Origin: Myxococcota bacterium
Lineage (GTDB): Bacteria; Myxococcota; SpSt-1050
DNA: 21,035 bases
Assembly: GCA_049969675.1 (NCBI GenBank)
Contig: JBMFOP010000056.1
Coordinates: 1-21,035, forward strand
Reading direction: 5' to 3'
This document shows, piece after piece, positions 16,186 through 21,035 of the stretch. Position 1 is the first letter of the stretch; each line of letters opens with the position of its first letter. The notes under the pieces are model-generated. The model was given only the letters and a program-made list of their open reading frames with translations. It did not search any database and was not told the origin of the DNA. A program made the position numbers and the translations under genes.

Positions 16186-18555
16186 TTAATCTCCCAGATA
16201 TCTAAAAAGGACAAATTCATTTAAGCCATTATCGCCAAAAATATATTTCAAAAGCCAATTATAAATAGAATCACTATTTGTGAAAAGAGAACTGAGCTCT
16301 CTCTTCCTGGCAAACTCCACAAATTCAATTTCCACATCTGATGGCAACCTGGCCAGAGTCTTTATCTTTTCCACTGCTACTTTATATCCACCTATCTCAT
16401 CAATAAGACCTATTGATTTCCCTTCTTCGCCTACATAGACCTTCCCCTCTGATAATTCTGATATCCTGTCAATGTCAATATTGCGTGATAAAGATACCTT
16501 CTGTTTAAAATGCCGATAGAAGCCGTCAATGTACTCTTTGACATATTTAATCTCACTCTCAGTGAGCCCTCTAAATATGCTATCGGAATCTCCACTCTCA
16601 TTTACCTTCTGAGATTCATAGTTTACACCAATTTTTTTAAGTAGATTTGAGATATCTATCTTTAAAAAGAAGACCCCAATTGAGCCAACTATGGAGGCGC
16701 TATCTGCAATTATATAATCAGATGCGATTGCAGAGAGATATCCACCAGATGCCGCCATACCACCAACTGAGACCACAACTGGTTTGTACTGTTTAATCCT
16801 TGATAATGTCTCAAAGATTAACTGGCTCGCCATAGTTGAACCGCCCGGCGAATTAATCCTGACAATCACACCAGCAATCGTCTCATCTTTTATAATCTCC
16901 TCTGCCATCTCAGATATATCGGCACTCCCTATAGTCTCATAACCTATAGAATCTCCAAATCCCTTCCCGTATACTATGTCACCATTTAAGTAAATGATCG
17001 CAACCCTTCTTGTGAGCTGCCACCTGCCACTTATGGATGTTGAAGATGAATAATTAAGATTCAATTGATAATCTCTACCAAAGTAGAGGCTCAGATCCTT
17101 CTTAACCTGCTCAAATGTAGAGATATCATCCACAAGCCTCTCTGTCTTTCCCTTCTGTGGTGAGAATAATCCTGTTGAATAGATTCGCTTTATATCCTCA
17201 GAACTCAAATTGCGCGATTTAGCCATTGCTTCATCAAGGATTCTCTGAAGTGAACTTACAATCTTTAATGACTGCTCCTTTCTCTTCTCACTCCCTTTCT
17301 CTGAGATGAGGGGCTCAAACGCGGTCTTGTATTCACCCGCTGCAACTACATCAAAACGAACTCCTATCTTTTCAAAAAAGTTCTTGAGATAGAGATTCTT
17401 GGTTGCCCCACCCTTTAAGTAAAGAGAGCCTCCCTCATTAATCACAATCCTATCTGCACTATTGGCAATAAAATATGAGATATCATCTGCACTCTCTAAA
17501 AACGAGACGACCTTCTTCCCCTTCAATCTAAAATATGTAATCGCCTCTCTTATCTCCTCTGCAGAGGCAAGACTTAGATTCACATCTGATAAATATAAAA
17601 TCATACCAGATACCGAATTGTCATAGGTAGCAGAGTTTATATCATTCAATACATCAATTAATGACCTATTTCTCTTCTTCAGACCAAATATATCCTCTTT
17701 CTTCCCATCAATTATCTCATTATCAATCTTTATTACGACAATCTGCTTTGATAGGGTAAACATCTCCTCATAATTACCCTTTGAAAATCTAAAAGAAAAT
17801 CCCTTCCCATCAAAACGGGACATCTCATCTGAATACCCGCCCAAAAAGGCAACACCGAATTTTGTAAGGTCCATATTTATACCGCCAAACATATCCTTAT
17901 CTTCATTTATACCGAAGAAGAACCTGAGACCTTTTACCGGATTTAATGCAACTGCATATCTATTTGGAATATCTCTATCGTGTTCAATAAATGAAAAATC
18001 CCCATAGAGTTCAACTGCCTCTGAAAACGGCTTTATACCAATCCCGAGATTTAACCTCCTCCTGATTGAGATATCCCCCACCGATGGCTGTCCCAGATTC
18101 TGGCCGCTGACCGATATATTTAAGAATCTTGCCGGCATAAAATATGCTCCCGCATACCAATCCCATGAGATTCCATATCTCGGTTTAATTGGGTCGTAAA
18201 TAGAGAGCCCTACTCCCATAAGCATATAATCACCAACTCTAAATCCGACCGGGAATGAATATCTCAGATAATCAATCAACTCATTATCATTGTAATTGAT
18301 TCCAAAACCGAGATTATCAAATTCTAATACAGCGCCGTAAAATCTTGAATCTATGGCAAAAGACTCCAAATAGAAGAGAGACAACTGAGTATCCTCAAGC
18401 AATCCAAATGCAGCGGGATTTTCCAGTGAATTAAGGGAATTATAGACTGAGGCATAAGGATTGAATCTATTGTAATAAAGGAATTCATCTCTATCTGCAA
18501 ATAAGAGTTTGGTGGATAATAGAAAAATTGTCAGCAAAGATAATCTATACTTCAT
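16186..18555 (-). CDS. sppA: Signal peptide peptidase SppA (two S49 domains) with an extra N-terminal beta-barrel-like domain
   Basis: GEYKTAFEP (catalytic Lys), RINSPGGS, MAASGGY (catalytic Ser), VGSIGV, GLIDEIGG; ATG 18555 is 9 nt from GGAGG, whereas ATG 18564 abuts it. Confidence 0.92.
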   Translation of the reverse strand: MKYRLSLLTIFLLSTKLLFADRDEFLYYNRFNPYASVYNSLNSLENPAAFGLLEDTQLSLFYLESFAIDSRFYGAVLEFDNLGFGINYNDNELIDYLRYSFPVGFRVGDYMLMGVGLSIYDPIKPRYGISWDWYAGAYFMPARFLNISVSGQNLGQPSVGDISIRRRLNLGIGIKPFSEAVELYGDFSFIEHDRDIPNRYAVALNPVKGLRFFFGINEDKDMFGGINMDLTKFGVAFLGGYSDEMSRFDGKGFSFRFSKGNYEEMFTLSKQIVVIKIDNEIIDGKKEDIFGLKKRNRSLIDVLNDINSATYDNSVSGMILYLSDVNLSLASAEEIREAITYFRLKGKKVVSFLESADDISYFIANSADRIVINEGGSLYLKGGATKNLYLKNFFEKIGVRFDVVAAGEYKTAFEPLISEKGSEKRKEQSLKIVSSLQRILDEAMAKSRNLSSEDIKRIYSTGLFSPQKGKTERLVDDISTFEQVKKDLSLYFGRDYQLNLNYSSSTSISGRWQLTRRVAIIYLNGDIVYGKGFGDSIGYETIGSADISEMAEEIIKDETIAGVIVRINSPGGSTMASQLIFETLSRIKQYKPVVVSVGGMAASGGYLSAIASDYIIADSASIVGSIGVFFLKIDISNLLKKIGVNYESQKVNESGDSDSIFRGLTESEIKYVKEYIDGFYRHFKQKVSLSRNIDIDRISELSEGKVYVGEEGKSIGLIDEIGGYKVAVEKIKTLARLPSDVEIEFVEFARKRELSSLFTNSDSIYNWLLKYIFGDNGLNEFVLFRYLGD

Positions 18556-18645
18556 ATTGCTCATCCTCCAGATCAGAAATCTCTACCCTACCATTTAGAT
18601 AAAATCAAAAAGAAAATGGCAACATGGTAAAAGCAAGACCTGAAT

Positions 18646-20031
18646 TCAATCGGATTTGAATATTTTGTCTGGATTCAAAAGGTTGTGGGGGTCAAATATC
18701 TTTTTTATCTCTTTCATCAATAATACGGCATTACCATCAAGCTCAAGTTCTGAGAAATCCCTCTTTAATATCCCGACCCCGTGTTCCCCTGAAATTGAGC
18801 CACCTTTTTTTAAGATCACCTCTGTAATCCTTCTCATAACCTTTGAGAAACTTCTATTCATCTCCTCCTCTGTCTCAAACATATAATTTATATGCAGGTT
18901 TGAATCACCTGCATGCCCGAATACCGCTATCTTATAATTATTCTCCTCTGCAAAATCTCTGAGTTCCTTTATAGCATCCATCAGATTACTTAAAGGGACT
19001 GAGACATCATCTGCGATTCTGAATCTTCCAAGTTCATTTAAAGATGGAGAGATATCCCTTCTTATATCCCATATTGCTTCAATCTCTTCTCTGTCATCTG
19101 AAAACAGGTAACTCTTAAATCCAGACTCAGAGAGGAGCATCTCAACCTTCCCTTTTTCATACTCCACTGAAGAATCATTCCCATCCAGTTCAATAAAGAG
19201 GATTGAAGAGATTTCTCTACCCTTAAAAGATTCAATATCAGCAATTCTCTTATTTACCGAAATACACTCTCTATCCATAAACTCCAATGAACAGGGGAGG
19301 ATTCCAGTCTGATATATCTTTGAAATAATCTCTATCCACCCATATTCATCAGCAAACGGTAGCATAAATAGTGCCCTTTTAATCGGCTTTGGGATAAGTC
19401 TCAATGTAGCCTCTGTAATAATCGCAAGCGTCCCCTCTGAACCTGCTATAAGTCTCATCAGGTCATAACCCACAACAGATTTTAATACCTTCCCACCGAG
19501 TCTCAATACTCTTCCATCAATTGTAACGGCACGCATCCCGAGGAGATAATTCTTTGTAACCCCATATTTTACTGCGTGAATACCGCCTGCATTATGAGAG
19601 ATATTTCCACCGATTGTTGAAACCTTAACAGAGGAAGGGTCGGGAGGATAATATAAACCAAATTTTGATGCTTCTATATTCAGGTCCTGAGTTATAACTC
19701 CTGGTTCAACCACTGCGCACATATTTAGAGAATCAATCTCCTTTATTCGATTCATCTTCGTAAAACTTATCAGAAATCCGCCCTTTACTGGTAGGGCACC
19801 ACCAGACCTTGATGTCCCGGAGCCACGTGCTACAACAGGTATCCTGAATTCTGAAGCAACTCTCACAACATTTACGACATCCTGCTCACAGGAAGGGAAG
19901 ATAACTGCATCAGGTTCAACATAGATATTAGTTGAGTCAAATGAATAGAGCGATAGATAGTGCTTATCTGTAAATACCTTATCTTTTTCCAATCTATCTT
20001 TCAAAATCTTGATTGCCTTATTGATTTCCAT
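18646..20031 (-). CDS. FAD-linked oxidase, GlcD / D-lactate dehydrogenase-like
   Basis: ARGSGTSRSGG, YPPDPSS, STIGGN, KYGVT, GSEGTL, GHAGDSNLH, SGEHGVG, NPDKI; start moved to ATG 20031, overlapping the upstream gene by 14 nt. Confidence 0.92.
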   Translation of the reverse strand: MEINKAIKILKDRLEKDKVFTDKHYLSLYSFDSTNIYVEPDAVIFPSCEQDVVNVVRVASEFRIPVVARGSGTSRSGGALPVKGGFLISFTKMNRIKEIDSLNMCAVVEPGVITQDLNIEASKFGLYYPPDPSSVKVSTIGGNISHNAGGIHAVKYGVTKNYLLGMRAVTIDGRVLRLGGKVLKSVVGYDLMRLIAGSEGTLAIITEATLRLIPKPIKRALFMLPFADEYGWIEIISKIYQTGILPCSLEFMDRECISVNKRIADIESFKGREISSILFIELDGNDSSVEYEKGKVEMLLSESGFKSYLFSDDREEIEAIWDIRRDISPSLNELGRFRIADDVSVPLSNLMDAIKELRDFAEENNYKIAVFGHAGDSNLHINYMFETEEEMNRSFSKVMRRITEVILKKGGSISGEHGVGILKRDFSELELDGNAVLLMKEIKKIFDPHNLLNPDKIFKSD

Positions 20032-21035
20032 CGCTCTCTTCCTGAGACTCCTGATATAGTATCTTATTTTCTGTGAGATTGAAATATTTTCTGTATTCAT
20101 CAACCTTCTTTAAAAATTCAGCCATATATTTTTTATCCAGAGGTTCTGAAGGAGGTGCAACTTTTTTTAATGGATTGATAATATTACCATTTATTCTCAT
20201 CTCAAAGTGAAGATGAGGTCCAGTAGAGACACCAGTAGAACCGACATAACCTATCAATCTACCCTGCTCAACAGAGATTCCCTGTCTTATACCAGTTGCA
20301 AAACGGGAAAGATGCCCATATCTTGTCTCCAATCCTCCTTTATGTTTCAAGATAATTAGATTTCCATATCCACCCATAACACCTGCAAAGCTTACAAACC
20401 CATCTGCCACTGCCCAGACCTGTGTCCCTATAGGTGCCGCATAATCTACCCCGTGATGCATCTTAATCTTCTTATATATTGGATGAAACCTCTTACCAAA
20501 TCCTGAAGATATCTTTCCGTATTTCAATGGCGACTTCAATAATGCCCTTCTATTTGAAAGACCCTTTGAATTATAATATCCACCCTTCTTATCCACAGTA
20601 AAGTAAAAAGCCTCTTTCTGACCTGTGCCCTTCCCATTATACATCGCCGCAAGTATCTTTCCATATTGAATGAAATAATCTCCACTATAATACTTCTCTA
20701 CCACAATCTTAAATTCGTCGTCGGGCATTACCTCTGTATAAAAATCAATATCCCAGGCAAAGACCTCATTTGCAAGAATTACAGAGAGCTTGGGGTCCTC
20801 ACCAATCTTCTCCATACTCTCCCAGAGAGAGCCCTGAATTCTGCCAGTTATAAACTCTATCCTTTTTTCAACCTCATACTCCTCCTTAAAAGCATATAAA
20901 TTACCTTTTTCATCTCTCTCTATTACATAATTTTCCACAGGTGAAGCCGAATAACAAAATGAGATAAGCTCCTTAGTATCTTTATGAAGAGTTATTACAA
21001 ATGTATCATCAGGTTTACACTTTCTAAAATCAAGC
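20018..21035 (-). CDS. M23 family peptidoglycan DD-metalloendopeptidase (MepM/Csd3-like), 5'-truncated
   Basis: ISSGFGKRFHP, HHGVD (HxxxD), YGHLS, STGPHLHFE; frame stays open upstream of 20938 to the window edge (LDFRKCKPDDTF...). Confidence 0.95.
   Translation of the reverse strand, partial: LDFRKCKPDDTFVITLHKDTKELISFCYSASPVENYVIERDEKGNLYAFKEEYEVEKRIEFITGRIQGSLWESMEKIGEDPKLSVILANEVFAWDIDFYTEVMPDDEFKIVVEKYYSGDYFIQYGKILAAMYNGKGTGQKEAFYFTVDKKGGYYNSKGLSNRRALLKSPLKYGKISSGFGKRFHPIYKKIKMHHGVDYAAPIGTQVWAVADGFVSFAGVMGGYGNLIILKHKGGLETRYGHLSRFATGIRQGISVEQGRLIGYVGSTGVSTGPHLHFEMRINGNIINPLKKVAPPSEPLDKKYMAEFLKKVDEYRKYFNLTENKILYQESQEESDGNQ

Noticed and set aside
18589..18629. Short inverted repeats (TACCAT/ATGGTA, CCATTT/AAATGG) upstream of sppA
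   Set aside because: Only 6-bp arms; compatible with chance, and no recognisable RNA element

Overview
An AT-rich (roughly 35% GC by eye), densely coding bacterial chromosome segment with no rRNA, tRNA, CRISPR array, transposase or integrase that I can support. Despite the low GC, several proteins are of myxobacterial/deltaproteobacterial type (TIGR02266-like PilZ, Cys-repeat IgGFc-binding lipoprotein, DAG/DGG linkers). On the minus strand, in transcription order: M23 peptidase (5'-truncated), GlcD-like FAD oxidoreductase, SppA with an N-terminal beta-barrel-like domain, priA, def, fmt, and a large Cys-repeat/IgGFc-binding lipoprotein. A plus-strand pair encodes PilZ and a CoxE-like VWA protein. 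A tightly packed minus-strand run follows: TerB-like, TPR/beta-barrel outer-membrane protein, secreted FecR-domain protein, lipoprotein, Gfo/Idh/MocA oxidoreductase, SpeD-aminopropyltransferase fusion, and a membrane protein with a double zinc ribbon. Most interesting: (1) an AdoMetDC fusion with an intact pyruvoyl site whose transferase half resembles animal spermine synthase more than bacterial SpeE; (2) SppA fused to a probable 14-stranded outer-membrane barrel; (3) a Slam-like barrel/FecR/lipoprotein trio without a sigma factor; (4) a 17-22 bp non-coding motif found three times, twice as an inverted pair, upstream of two exported-protein genes. All family calls come from motif recognition by eye, not from database searches.
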